The position numbers and the translations under genes were made by a program. From Azolla caroliniana (taxonomy: Eukaryota > Plantae > Polypodiophyta), in the NCBI GenBank assembly GCA_043228905.1, contig JBHGNT010000015.1:2232001-2296000 (forward strand): a DNA stretch of 64,000 bases, written 5' to 3'. Shown one piece after another: positions 26,402 to 40,342 of the stretch. The notes under the pieces are model-generated. The model ran no database searches. It saw only the letters and a program-made list of their open reading frames with translations, and was not told the DNA's origin. Within the stretch, counting starts at the first letter, position 1, and the number at the start of each line of letters is the position of its first letter.

Positions 26402-29400
26402 TTATTCATTCAATGGAGTTGTTGAGTGTTGAAACCTTGCTGTGGTGTCAGTATTATTTATCCTTTGCATAGACTGGTATAATTGTTGATGCCCGGCCAT
26501 CATCTTCAACCTTTGCACCTCCTCTTTCAATGCATCATTGAGAGCTAATTCACAAAGAAAAAAGATCAAACTACACATACCCATACACATCAATCTCAAA
26601 TCTAAACTCACACATCTTTGTTATTCTTTGTATAACAATTTTATATAGTGTGTAAATTCCTCCAATTTGCATAAAAATTATCTGTATAAAGTAGACATAA
26701 AGAATGTCCTAAATTCTCTGACAAAAATTCCCACATTTCCTTCATTCAATACACATGATGGGAGAGATTAATTCCCATTAGTTTCTATTTTCTACCACAT
26801 AACAAAGCACTTATATACTTGATAGGAATTTAGTTTTCCCATTAGTTTTTACCATATGCTAAAGCACTTGTTAACTGTACAACAAAGAAACGATTAGAAG
26901 CTTACCGTCCCGAAGTTGGGCTTGCTGTTCCATTGATTGGAGGCGAAGCTTCAATTCGTTGTTCTCCACGGATAATGCCGATGTGTCTCTCTTTGAACAA
27001 TAAGGAAAATATCTTAGCAAATTCATATTCTTCAGAGTATAGACCTTGAGAAGTTACTTTAGGACAAATGGTCTTGACATTGACCACATTTACCTATTAT
27101 TATTTGCATGTTTACCCTGTCATTTTTTCTCCACATTCATACATGCCTAGCATTTTGGGGTTATGAAATACAAGTCATACCAGTTATTCCTATGATTGTT
27201 TTCCAATATAGTGACTCCTAATAAATTTTCGTTGGAGTACGATGTTCATTTTCTTAACATACAAGAAGTTTAGCTCTGCGCTTTTAGGTCTGATTCTCGA
27301 GTTTGTCTCTTCGGATTAGTGATACTAGTTATCCCTTCATAATCTGGTTATTCATAAAAAATATTCAAGTAGGATATTCATTTTCTTAACATAGAAGAAG
27401 TTTATCCCTCCAAATTTAGGTCTAATTCTCAAGATTTGCCATTTGTTTGATTCACACGAGATGTATGAGGATAAAGTTGGACACATTTCAAGGCGCATTC
27501 TCTTCAAAGAATGTCAAAGCCAGCAAGTTTCTTTTATTGATGCCTCAAACATCCACTCATTGACATAAGAGCTTCACAAAGATCAAGATTGGAATAAATT
27601 GATATTATTTGATATTTCAAGGAGCATTCTATTCAAACTTCAAAGAATGCCAAAGTCAACACGTTGCTTTATTGATGCTTCAAATATCCTTCACCTCTAT
27701 AAACGCTCATGAAAATCAAGATTGGAATATATTGTGGTGAATTGATATTGATATTTCAAGGAGCATTCTTTTCGTAGAATCTTGAAGTCTAACAATTTTT
27801 TATTGATTCCATAAACATTCCCTCACCTATATAAAAGCTTCATGAAGATCAACATTAAAATAACTGTGGTAGATTGATATTAGGAGAGAATAATTTTATG
27901 TATTCACCCACATCAATTGTGTCACTTGTTCACTGTAAGAAAGTGCCAACAACCCAACACCAGAAGTGTGAGCAATAGGAAGAGGTGCATTCCTTATGGT
28001 AGTTGGGGCAACCATTTGGGCCAGATATTTCTTGAGTCTAAGTGATTATGACTTCCAAATCACTGCCTCTTTCTTTGGGAGTCAATCAAATCCTCCTGTA
28101 TCTTCTCCATCTCGGAGATGTTGGAACTTATGAAGAGGTGTAGTGGACCAATTCGTTAAGGTACCACCGACCCATTAATGGAATGAATTCACAGTTTTTT
28201 TTTATACTTGAGGGGAAGACACAACAGAGATATCACAATATTGATTCAGAGTAATGATGGGGGAAGGAGTTCATTTTGGTCATCATTGCCTACATATAAG
28301 AAAGAATCTTAGAAGGAATTCTAAGGTTATGCCATTAACTACATTCTCTGAATTGTATCTGTATCTACTTGGGCGCTGACATTGTAGCTAAACCCTGTTA
28401 TAATCACGTTTAAGCGCTTTACATATTATATCTCTAATTTGTATCTCTGCTTTAATATAATCCAATTTGGATGGAACAATTGAAACCCTCCTTTATGGCC
28501 TGCTGTAATCCAATTCATGAGCCAGTTTTTGGAAAACCGTGCTTGATAGCTTGATCCATGATCGTTGCTATCCAATAGTGAGTTGGCGGCGGTCTTGTCC
28601 ATTTTAAGAACTCACTTTTCATTAAAGTTGCATTCATCACTTTGTCATTCGATATTTTTTTTTGTCTCCATTAACATATTCCATAAACACACATGCATTA
28701 TATGGTGTTTCCATACTCAATGTCATAGGCATTATCCCATCTAATATTGTTCCATCTCTTCATTGATGAATTCATTGATTATATCTTCCTCTCTGCCCTT
28801 GAGTTGTCTCCACACTAACTGTTGATCGGAGTTTTTCTTCCTTTCTTGATCCTTTAAAATTCCAAAACATGATTTTTAGCTTGAGGCAGTTCATAAATCA
28901 TCACTTGCTATGCATTTTGAATTCCTAACGAATACATAGGCTTGTCTTCAACGCACTTGCTCTTTTGGGGTTTGATATTTTATTACGAAGAAATTCCTAC
29001 CTTTTAGGTACATCTTGCTACTATCGAAAATGATAACTCTTTTCCTATGATCTTTGATCGTGCACAAATGTCTCGACATGATTCTTCTTCTAGCCTCTTC
29101 TGACCAACTCTATGTGCTCCATATACCCTAATATCATGCATAACAAAGCGATCTTCGAAGAATTTCGTGATATTCTAGCAAGGTAGAGTGCATTCTCTGA
29201 TTAGGAATGTAATGCATCCTTTGAAGTGGATTTGGGTGCGTTAACATCATTGACATGTCTTTTAGTATCTTCTTAATGAGAAAATCTCTCTATTTCATCA
29301 TGATTGCATCTTCTTTTGCCTCAAGGCAAGATTTTATTTCAACATTTGCTTTGATTAGCAATTCTTTCTTGGCTTCTAAGATTGTCATTTTGGTCTCTAG

Positions 29401-32267
29401 TTCGAGCATCCGAGTGTCGTGGAAATGCAATGCCAAGGCTTCCCAAGAGTTAGTCCACCACGAACTCTGAAGAAAGGTGATGACTAAGGAATTAAATGGA
29501 TCATCCTACTTTTAACACAGATAATTACCATAGCATGATGTGGATATATTTCTCAAGGAAAAGATTGAGGCTCCTGGAAGATTTAGAAAGCGGTATCAGG
29601 TGATGGAGAAGCAACAAGAACATAGGATAAAGTTTCTCCAGACTGATCAAGAAGGAGAATTTCTCTCCAGTCACTCTCGAAAGTATGCATATCAGAGGCA
29701 ATTTGTGGTGCCATGTACCCCACAACAAAATGGAACAGTGGAACATTGGCATTGAGCCTTAATGGAGATAGCCCAATGTATGCTCAAAGGAGCAGAATTG
29801 CATGATCATTACAAGGCAAAGGTGGTTAACACCACTGTTTACATATCCAACTGAAATGACATGAAAATCGTGAAGTAAATAGCTCCATTGGAATCTTATT
29901 GAATTATGATGATCTGCAGGGGTTCAGCTGTACATGTTGATTGAAGGATGCTTATTCAAGGAAGCTTCTTGGAATGCTGATTGAAGAAGAGCCAATGTGA
30001 ATAGGATGTGACAGCAAAAGCTGCACAGTTATCACAAAGAATCTCGTGATCCATGGATGTTCCAGTCATATTGAGATCCAAGCATACGAGAACATTATTT
30101 GGCTTGGAGAATGCATATTTTTATGCTCACTTGAAGAATTTTCATGGAAATTCAGAAGTCAGTTTAATACTTCTAATAGTTGTAATTTGAAGAAGTTTCT
30201 TACCACTATGAGTAGGCATGTCATGAATATGGAAATTTGAAAAAAAACATTGCCAAAAAGAAAATCATCTGAAGAAGATTCAATTGAACTTTTGTAGACA
30301 TAACAGTTGAACAAGAGATTTCTTAAGTCATTGGTGAACTGTAGAAATGCAGATCAAACTTCCAATTTAATAACATGAATGAAGCATTGAAATATATACA
30401 TGTACACACATGCATAAATAGATATATATAGAGAGATCATTAATTTAGTTATATGTCTGTCACATACCTGGAGCATGGTTAGCTGAGCTGAGAGTGTGGT
30501 TGCTTCGGTCTGAAGGGTCTGCACCTTGCGTTCAAGCTCTGCTATATATCGCATTTTCCGTTCTTTCGAGCGAGCTGCTGATTGCCGATTTGCTAAAATT
30601 CTGTCAAATTCTTCTATAAGAAATCATTGAAAAGAAAAACACAAAAAAATGACTGATATGCATTTTACAAAAAATGCATCAGCTTCATGGTTTTTTTTCT
30701 ATTTTATTTTTAAAATATCCATTCATAAATATACATAGAGATGTGATTCTCAAGTGATCAGGGAAGGGCTGAAAATGCCAAAAACGGCTTCCATCCTTGA
30801 TGGACATAAGTCAGCTTCATGGAGTTTGATGAGATAACCTTTAAAATGTTAAATTTATGTACATATTTACAAGGAATTTGTTAAAATCTCCACACAACCA
30901 GAAAAACACATTTTGGATGCCAAAACAGAGATCACATAAAAAATGAAGAAAGTGTTTGCTTCAACTTCAAATGGGACACATCTCAAACCAAAAGACATGA
31001 TGCATGCAAATTCAAGTTTTATATCAGAAAATAACCCAGAAAAATGACAGACTTCACCATTCCATCACTCGATATTTCACTTACAATGCATGAAACATGT
31101 GCTATTGTATAATGGAAAGACACAACCTCAAAATTTGAAAAAACAGCTGAATCATATGATATAACTCCCAATTTGTGAGAGATACAAATGCAAATTTTGT
31201 GGGATGAATAAAAAGGTATAAGCTAAAAATAATTATAACATCAGTAGTGTTATGGAAACTGCTTCTTGTATTACCATCTCATGCTTTTTACCTAATATGA
31301 ACATACTTTTCTTCTACCACCATCTCATGCTTTTACTAAATATAAATAAAAGATCTCACCTCTTTGCCCGTTTAGGATCAACCATGGCCAATTCAGCTAG
31401 TTTGCTGGCTCCCATGGATTTCTTCATTTCCAACGATTCCGAACATAGAAATTCTTGTTTGATAGGCAATGAACCATCCATAGAAAGACTATGTTGATGT
31501 CGGGGACGCCGTTCTCGAACCTCACTGTCTGTGCTAGGTGGTGGCATGCCATTGATAGACAAGCTTCTCATATGTTGCGCCGGAGGAGTAGAGGGAATGT
31601 CTGTGGGTAATTTTGATGCTGATGAAGATGAAGTCGGGGTGCAAGAGTTCAACTTGTTGTCGGAATCAAAATATATTGAGAAAAGCTCATACGCTTCATC
31701 GGAAAATGTGGAGGGTTCGAGCAAGTGGGGATCATTGTCTTGGAACGAGAAATTATCATCATCGTCGTAATCACAATCATACTCATGTTCATAATCATGG
31801 TGATCAACACTGACAACATTGGGCATATTGCGGAATGTGATCTCGGAGTGAGCACGGCGATGACGAGAAACACGGGCAGGGGTTACCTGGTTGTCTACGG
31901 ATGACGATGTGGCCCCTATGGATGAAGATGTGGCACCCTCTTGCATAGCAAAGTCCATGGAAACAGAGCCACTCCGCATAGAGCCATCTGAAGCAGTAGG
32001 GGAGTGTGAAACCGAGGCCGAGGGAGAGGGGTCTCTCTTCAAATTAGCAGTGGCGAAAGCATTTACTGTTGGGGAAGGGTAACCCACATGCTTAGCAGAG
32101 TGATGATGGGCATGTGATTGTGAAGGGTGTGGGGGGAATCCATTTCTACTGCTATTAACATGCCCTGTTCCCCCACCATTTTCTTTACTCGAATTGGGAT
32201 TCGCAGAAAACCCGCATTGTAAGCCTTCCACGAAAGCTTCATATCCGTGGCCACCGAAGCCTTCCAT
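26402..32267 (-). CDS. Group I bZIP transcription factor (VIP1/RF2a/RF2b-like), 422 aa, 4 exons
   Basis: Exons on -: 32267-31360, 30600-30468, 26990-26906, 26544-26402. GT-AG introns, phase-compatible. [81 protein letters not shown]. HxRxxS-type motifs HRRAHSE, HMRSLS and HQHSLSMD. Confidence 0.95.
27486..27880. repeat. Three diverged ~130-bp tandem units in bZIP intron 2
   Basis: TTTCAAGG.GCATTCT...TTTATTGAT.C...AAGATCAA.ATT recurs at about 27486, 27615 and 27753. Confidence 0.7.
29480..30300 (+). pseudogene. Highly degraded Copia integrase remnant in bZIP intron 2
   Basis: [32 protein letters not shown] resembles the Copia INT motif [19 protein letters not shown]. Boundaries are approximate. 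Confidence 0.65.
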
Positions 32268-32786
32268 GGATGAGGTGTATGTATGTAACAGAGAAGAAGG
32301 AAGGAAGGAAGGAACAAAAGAATTGGGCGAAATGGAGAATTAAATTCCTTCTTCTTTCAAGGCAGAGGCGAGTGAGAAACGAGAGAGATCTCCACTCTTA
32401 CTCTTCCTATTCCTCTTCTCTTTTCTCTTTTTCTTCTTCTCTTTCTCTTTCTCTGTCTATCTGTCTGTCACTATGTCAAAATGTTTGGTGTGACACAGAA
32501 GTCAAAAAGGAAGAAGAAGAAGAAGAAGAAGAAGAAGGAGAAGGAGAAGGAGAAGGAATTCAGATATTTTTTTCATAATACGATTGATTCCATCCATCAC
32601 AGAGACAAAGGGGCCGCGGATTCGGAGCTGCCCCACGGACCACGGTCCTCTTCTCTTCGGGGCGCCCGATCGGATTAGGACCCACACCATACATTCCGAG
32701 CTTCTATCGAACACACATGTCCATCTACTCATCCCTCGGACAATCATAACACTTGAATTCGCCGACGCGGAACTCTTTTCTCGCGT

Positions 32787-33190
32787 GTATGTATGTATGT
32801 ATGTATGTATGTATGTATGTATGTATGTATGTATGTATGTATGCATGTGTAAATGTATATGCATGCTTGTATGTATGTATGTATGTTTATATGTATCTAA
32901 GGATGCATGTATGTATACATGTATGAAATGTATAGATGCATGTATGCTTGTATGTACGGATGTCTGCATGTCTACAATATGTGTGTACGTATGCATGTAT
33001 TCATGCATGCATGATGTATGTATGTATGCATCTGTGGATGCTGCATGTATGGATGCATCTATGCATTTATGTATGTGTACATGTATGTGCATGCTTGTAT
33101 GTATGTATGCACCTCTGCACCTCTACATTTATGTATGTGTACATATATGTGCATGCTTGTATGTATGTATGTATCATTGTATGTATGTGC
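32787..33190. repeat. Pure then degenerate (TATG)n/TGCA microsatellite upstream of the bZIP gene
   Basis: Direct inspection. Confidence 0.9.
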
Positions 33191-34793
33191 CTATATCTAA
33201 ACGCTTCTTGCTCGTGATGCACAAAATCTTGAATGTGAAGCCTTGTTTGTTGTCTCTATTATGAGATAGCTTGTCCAGACCCTGGTAATGTGAAATGTTG
33301 CCACCGCAAAAAAGTGGGAATAAATGACGGGTTTGCTTTCCGTTGAATTTGAGATTAGTTCCCATGAAGGGGCAATGCAACCTTCTTCATTGTCCTAGAA
33401 TGCATGTTTACTTTTTTATTGTCCTTGAAAATACGTAATCACTAATGACGAGTAGGACCTAGGCAAGGAATAGGTGTGAACATTCGGCAAATAATGTAGA
33501 TTATAGGGATTCAAGGGATAGTTTTCGAAAGAAAAAACTATTTTTCTATACAACCATTTGATATAGGTTTGCTATATTATTATACTACAAGTTTGGCAGT
33601 CTTTGGCATTGATATCCACCAATGCTTGGACATGTTTTAGAGAAACACGTTTCACATTATTTCTTTTATCTATAAACCTTGGTCCAACTTAGCTTGTGTA
33701 TAATATATTCGAATTGGTCCTAAACGCTTTATCACAAGCCACGCCATCAACAAAGGATGTGCATATTCAATAAGATTGAAATTTTTGTGTAATCATATGC
33801 ATGTGTATACTCAACAAGGAGGCAAAGCTTTAAAGTTTAGACCATGAGGATACACAAAGAGTGAGAGAGCGAGAGAGAAAAAGAGAAAGAGACAGAGATC
33901 ATGTTTACTCCTTCAACTTGAAGACTTACAAGTAGACAACTTACAAGTAGACAAATATCACTCATTTTTCCTAATTAATTAGTGTATCAAGTACTGGACA
34001 TTGTTTTATTACCATTGCCTTGAGTCGAGCAATGTTATCATTTCAATCCTTCACTTATTTGGCAAGGGGGCAAAAGTCAACATCCCGGATTTTAGGATCA
34101 ATGATCTCAAACTAAAGTGACAATTTTTTTATTTGAAGGTTTGAAAAGCATGTTACTTGCTAATCAACCAAGGATTAATTTGAAAACAATGTTGTAAAGC
34201 CATTTTTTCAGGGGTCGCCTATAGATGAAATTTTCAAGAATATAATGCGGAATCAACAATAAATTTGATGCCAATACTATACTGACATTTTTTTAGGAGC
34301 AAACTCCTAGTGTGCGTGATGAAGAGTTTTCATGAATTTTACAATGGAGCATCAAATCCCTTTCTAAAGACTTGAAGAATAACCGTAATTTCACAAATTG
34401 GAAGCCTCACTAATTGATCATCGTGTTTATATTTTTAAGATGTTGAGCTCAATAAGCTATCATGAATTGACAAGCAATATGTTTTGACTACGTTTACAGG
34501 CAATGTTGGCACATTATACTTTAGAAAGTAGCACATAATGTTTTGTTAAATAATCGGCACAGGAACCGGCCTTGGCACGTTACATCCATAACGAACATTA
34601 ATGCAAACAATTCTCTTAACTTTGATTAAACCCTTGAACTTCATGTTGACTTGGACATCTCTCTCTCTCTCTCTCTCTATTATTGCTCGAATAAGTTGTA
34701 AACATCTAGCCAATGCACCATGGGGAATGTTGTATTGAATTTGGGCAGTCCCATGATCACAAATATAATAGGTTTTGACGGCCATATTTACAT

Positions 34794-35790
34794 TGTCTCA
34801 CTCGGACAAACTAGGTTTAAGACATTTCTATAATTGACAAAAGGGTTGTTGCCCTAGCTTAGTTATTATATAATTGACTTTATAACCTAGTTCATGATGA
34901 TGTGAGTTGCCATACTTTCAATAATATAGATTGTATTCCTTGTGCCTCTCTGGTTCCCCCCCTCTCTCTAAGTTTCTTTGTACAACCCCCTTGATCTTGT
35001 TGATGTTGTCTTACTTTGCTTAATGTTGTTCATCTTGTTCTTGATTCTTCATCACATAGTGTTGTATCTTATTTTGAATCACCGACGACCGTTAACAACA
35101 TCTGGTATCAGAGTGAGGTTCTTTTCGCTGCTAGTTGTCATCAACCCCATCACCAACACTTTTGCTTTGATCCTTGAAGAACTCAAGATCTTTGGTATAT
35201 ATTGAACAAGTTTCTGTTAAGATTTTAGTCTGACTGATATCCTTTGTCTGACAAATACATACTAACACCTTGAGAGAAGAGACACCTCTTTGATTCACAT
35301 TCTATTAGACTAGACCTCACCTCAAGTACAACAGTCGACAGTACTCACTTTCGTGGCCGTAGTCACTCATAATGGAATCTTGAACCAGAAGACACCATTC
35401 GTGCTCTATTCGGCTAAGCAACATTTGAGAAGACCAGTTAGCTTTGTCCCTCTACTCGTTGTAGTCACTCGGAGCAGGATTGGCATTGAGATTGGCAATC
35501 AACCTCGTATTCAAAATCAAACTGACAATCTAATCGGCATGATTCGTGCCCAATTCGGCTAGGCATCACAATGGATAGACCAATTGGCGCTACCCCACAC
35601 TTGGCCTAAGGTAACACGGTATCGGGTACTTGTTCCTTTGGTATCCAACTCAAGGTTTTATGGTCGGGGAATGGCAGTATTGGCTAGTCGTTTAGTGGAA
35701 TCCGATCGTACGCAATACTCATATGAATCGAACTACTATGACTATGGAATCTGTGGAGACTACAACCCGAGCCAATTACAACCGACCGGT
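34794..35790 (+). mobile_element. Truncated Copia-type element: 5' LTR (~34794-35100), PBS and leader
   Basis: TGTCTC..AACAACA is followed by TC-TGGTATCAGAG (tRNA-iMet PBS at 35103). The LTR shares CTAGGTTTA and AAAGGG..GTT.CCCTAG with the LTRs at 21400 and 62373. No coding region follows. Confidence 0.7.
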
Positions 35791-36049
35791 AATGTGCACA
35801 ATACATAGAGCACTCAAGGACGCTCAACACAGATAAACTTCTACACAGAACACAGAGGCAAAGTATAAGCAAACAAATTTTTATTCAAACACAACTTATC
35901 ATGATGACACTCACATCCTGCCTCGAAAGGATTTGAACCCACAACCTTGTAATACACATATCAAATCCTTAACCATTGTAGTAACATAAACTGTGTATGG
36001 TTTTTAAAATATATAATCCAATATCATAAGAATATTCTATATTACTTTA

Positions 36050-36190
36050 ATTCTAGAATGTCCTAGAATATTCTAGAGTGTTTTATATACTAGAACCTTC
36101 TAGAATACTCTATAAAACTTCTAGACTACTAGATTACTCTATATTCTAGAATGTCCTAGAATATTCTAGAGTAATCTATATTACTCTATA
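36050..36190 (+). promoter_or_regulatory. Cluster of heat-shock-element-like nGAAn/nTTCn arrays in the LTR U3
   Basis: Perfect aGAAccTTCtaGAAt at 36092-36106. TCCtaGAAtaTTCtaGAG occurs twice and TTCTAGAA several times, directly upstream of the TATA at 36197. Confidence 0.6.
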
Positions 36191-39100
36191 GGGACTTATA
36201 AATAGGGATCTATCAAACCTCCAAAAACCAAATTGGTTCAACGCCATGCTATAGCTCCCTATTGTCTACTCTTTGTACTCCATCTTAAATTGCAATACAA
36301 TACTTTCTTTTCAATTCTCTTTTTCTATCTTAACACTATATCTCTTTTTCTCTCTTTCTCTTGATAGATTGAGCCAATTTTTCATTTCTCCCTCTTCCAA
36401 CAAGTTCTCTTCTTTCTTCTCCTCTCCCCTCATAAGTTATGGAGTTCGTGAGCAAACAAGAATACATGCACTTTCTTTCTGAGCTCGACATGCTCACGAA
36501 TAAATTTGTGGCATTAGAGCATGAAAATCAAAGGCTATCGGGCGACCTACAACAAGTGAGTACCGAAAAAGCTCAACAATATGAAGAGTTATCACAACGG
36601 GTTCATCAACTCGAGGCTACTATATTGTCATTACGAGAACAAGTGTCGGGGGCACAAAACTCCTCTCGAGAACCAAAGATTAGCCTCCCTGCCAAGTTTG
36701 ATGGTACAAGTTCTTTATTTCGAGGCTTCTTGAATCAAGTCCATTTGGTTATTCAGTTACATCCCAATCGGTACCCAACTGATGCTGCTTGTGTGGGATT
36801 AGTGGGAACCTTGCTATGTGGTACGACATTAGCATGGTTTGCACCACTTCTCGAGAAGAAATCACTGATGTTGGAGGATTTTGAGGCATTTGTTAAGGAG
36901 TTTCAAGCTAGTTTTGAAGACACTGACATTCAAAGGCTCCGACAAGTTTCCACAAGTTTCGAAGACACCGTATGCTTCTGTAGTTGCAACGTTTCCACAA
37001 GTTTCCGGACCCATTTCAAGGGATGGCCCAACTTCGATGGAAATAGAGACAACATAATGTCGAGCACCTTTATTAGATGCTAAGAAGCAATGATATCAGG
37101 CGCACCGCCTATGCCTATATTGTGGCAGTCCAGGACATATAGCCGTGAATTGTCCACATAAACCTAGACGTCAAGTATACCAAGTAAGTGCACATGACAT
37201 CCCTACTTCGAGTTCCATTGTTACTTCTAGTAACATAAATAAGCCTAATAGTCCATGCCATGAGAATAGATTCGATGTCTTGAGTCAATTAGAGGATGTG
37301 TTAAACGAGTAAGTCCGACCAAAATAGGAGCCATTTGGTTGGACCATCCTAGATATGTAGAGGTAGTTCCTAGTTGTGGTTCCATTTCATCAAGTCAAGT
37401 GAGTAGAGTTTTTTCTGCACAAGTTGAGCTTACCACATCTACATGTCATCAAGTCCTAGCCTCTACCCTCCTAGATTCTGGAGCCAACTCTTGTTTCATG
37501 GATCGTGAATTTGCATTGTCACAAAACATCCTTTTGAATAAGCTCCCGAACCCAGTAGCCGTAGGAGTCATTGCTGGTTGTCCCATAACATCAAGTGATA
37601 TAGTGGAGGAGTCCGAGCCAATTCGTATAGTTCTTGGCGATTTGGCAAGCATAATCTCTTTCAACATTATTTGTAGTCCGGAACACCCAATAGTTCCAGG
37701 TCTCCCTTGGTTTGAACTCCATAACCTGAAGATTGATTGGATGAAGAGGACAATTGAGGAGACCCAGGAAGAAAGAACAAAGCTCACATCCCTCAACTCT
37801 ATGACATTTGATACTAGATCCCATAGGTTATCGACCATCTCTTTACGCCAGTTACGTGAGGAAGGGGGGACCGAGGATATGTTCGTATTCGCAATAGTAG
37901 CTACTTCATCATCCACCTTACATGAAGGGGAAATTAAACTACCAGAGAAATACAAAGAGTTCTCCGATGTTTTTGATAAGGTGAAGGTCAATACATTGCC
38001 AGAGCATTGGCCATACGATTGCCGTATTGACTTACAACCAGGGAAAGAACCTCCATGGGGCCCAATTTATAATCTCTCCCCTGTGGATCTAGAGACTTTG
38101 CGGGAATATATCGACGAGAATCTCGCAAATGGATTCATTCGACATTCTAGATTCTCTACTGGTGCATCTATCTTCTTCATTAAGAAAAAGAATGGGTATC
38201 TTCGGTTGGTCATGGATTATCGAGGGTTAAACAAAGTGACAATCCGGAATAGATATGCTCTACCGTTAATCCCGAATCTTTTGGAACGTCTTAGTGGAGC
38301 AAAATATTTCACGAAGTTGGACCTTCATGGTGTGTATAATCTAGTTCGGATTCGTCTGGGGGATGAATGGAAGACTGTTTTTCGCACTCGCTATGGACAT
38401 TTCGAGTAGATACTATGATGCCATTCGGTCTCACGAATGCACCTACAGTTTTCTAGCATATGATGAATGATATTTTTCGAGATTTTTTCGATATCTTCAC
38501 TATAGTTTACCTAGATGACATTTTGATCTACTCGAAGACCCAAGAGGAGCATGATGAACATATTCATTAGGTACTACGTCGACTACGAGAATATGGTCTC
38601 TACGCAAAATTAGAAAAGTGTAGTTTCGGCCAGAATCAAGTGGAATTTTTGGGGTACGTTGTATCATAAGATGGTATTTCTATGGACCCCATGAAGGTTC
38701 AAGCAATTTTAGAGTGGCAGACGCCTGTTGCAATGCGTGATGTGCAATGTTTTCTCGGGTTTGCAAACTTTTATCGGAAATTTATTAAAAATTATTCTAA
38801 GATCATGCTTCCGCTCACTCAAACTCACACACAAAAATCAACCATTCATATGGAGTTTCGATGCAGCTGAAGCATTTGAAAGTTTAAAACGAGCGTTTAC
38901 AACGACACCTATTTTAGCACATGTTGACCCAACAAAACGCTTCATCCTTGAAGTTGATGCAACCTATTTTTGCAATAGGAAGTGTCCTATCGCAGACTGG
39001 AGATGATGGAGAGCTACACTCTGTCACCTTTCATTCTCGAAAGTTTGAAGTTATAGAGATCAACTATGAGATCCATGACAAAGAACTTCTTGCAATTGTG

Positions 39101-40342
39101 GATTCTTTTCAACAATGGTGACATTTTCTAGAAGGCTCTTCTGAGTAGATCATTGTCTACAATGATCATAAGAACTTGACATATTTTCAAAATGCTCGAG
39201 TCTTGAGTCGGCGACAAGCTCGGTGGGCGCAATTTTTGACCCACTTCGACTTTGTAATCATATATCGCCCTAGGATGCAGCAAGGCAAAGCATATGCGCT
39301 TTCTCGACACTCTTATATGGAACTTCGTCCAGGGGAACCTGCGTTTGAGCATAAAAAACAAATCCTTTTGGGTCCTAATCGCCTACGATTAATGGTAGTT
39401 AATGCCATAACAACACTTGAAGATTCCACTCTTCTTGATTCCATTCGAGATCATATGGTCACTAATGAATTTGCTAAGGATGTTTTGGATCATATTGTCC
39501 CAGATCGTGCTTCTTGTTTGTAGTCGAAAAACCCTCGTAATGATTATCGTCAGTTCTATTGGCATGGTGGTTTTCTATTTCGACAAAACCTATTGTATGT
39601 TCTTGATGGTCCCCCGTGACTACAAGTTTTACAACACTGCCATGACTCACAAATGGCTGGACATTTTGGAGTACGCAAAACTCTAGAATTAATTTCTTGA
39701 CAATATTGGTGGCCTCGCCTTCCTCATTTTGTTGAGGAGTATGTTCGCAACTGTGATAGATGTTGTTGATCAAAGAGTCCTCGACACCGATCCTATGGCT
39801 TACTACAACCACTTCCCATTCTGGAAAATCCTTGGAAGTCTATATCCTTGGATTTCATTACCGATCTCCTAGTTTCAAAAGGTTATGATGCAATTCTCAC
39901 AGTGGTTGATCGACTCACCAAAATGGCACATTTCTTGCCATGTACGAAGTCTATTACTAATCAAGAGGCAGTCGATTTAGTTATGCGGGAGGTATTTAAG
40001 CACCATGGTCTTCTAGATGATATTATTAGTGATCAGGGTCCACAATTTATCTCAAAGTTTTGGAGGCACATACTTAAACTTCTCCAAATTTCGGCTAAGC
40101 TTTCTTCGGGCTATCATCTTGAGACTAATGGCCAAACATAGCGTACCAACCAGACATTGGAGCAATATCTTCGTTGTTTCATCAATTACCAACAAGATGA
40201 TTGGGTTGATTTTTCGCACGTGACTGAATTTGCTTACAACAACTCGGTCCATTCTTCTATGGGATATTCCCCATTTTTTGCAAATACGGGCCCTCATCCT
40301 CGATGGACAATGAATGTGTGTCCAGAAGTGTCGACCAACCGT

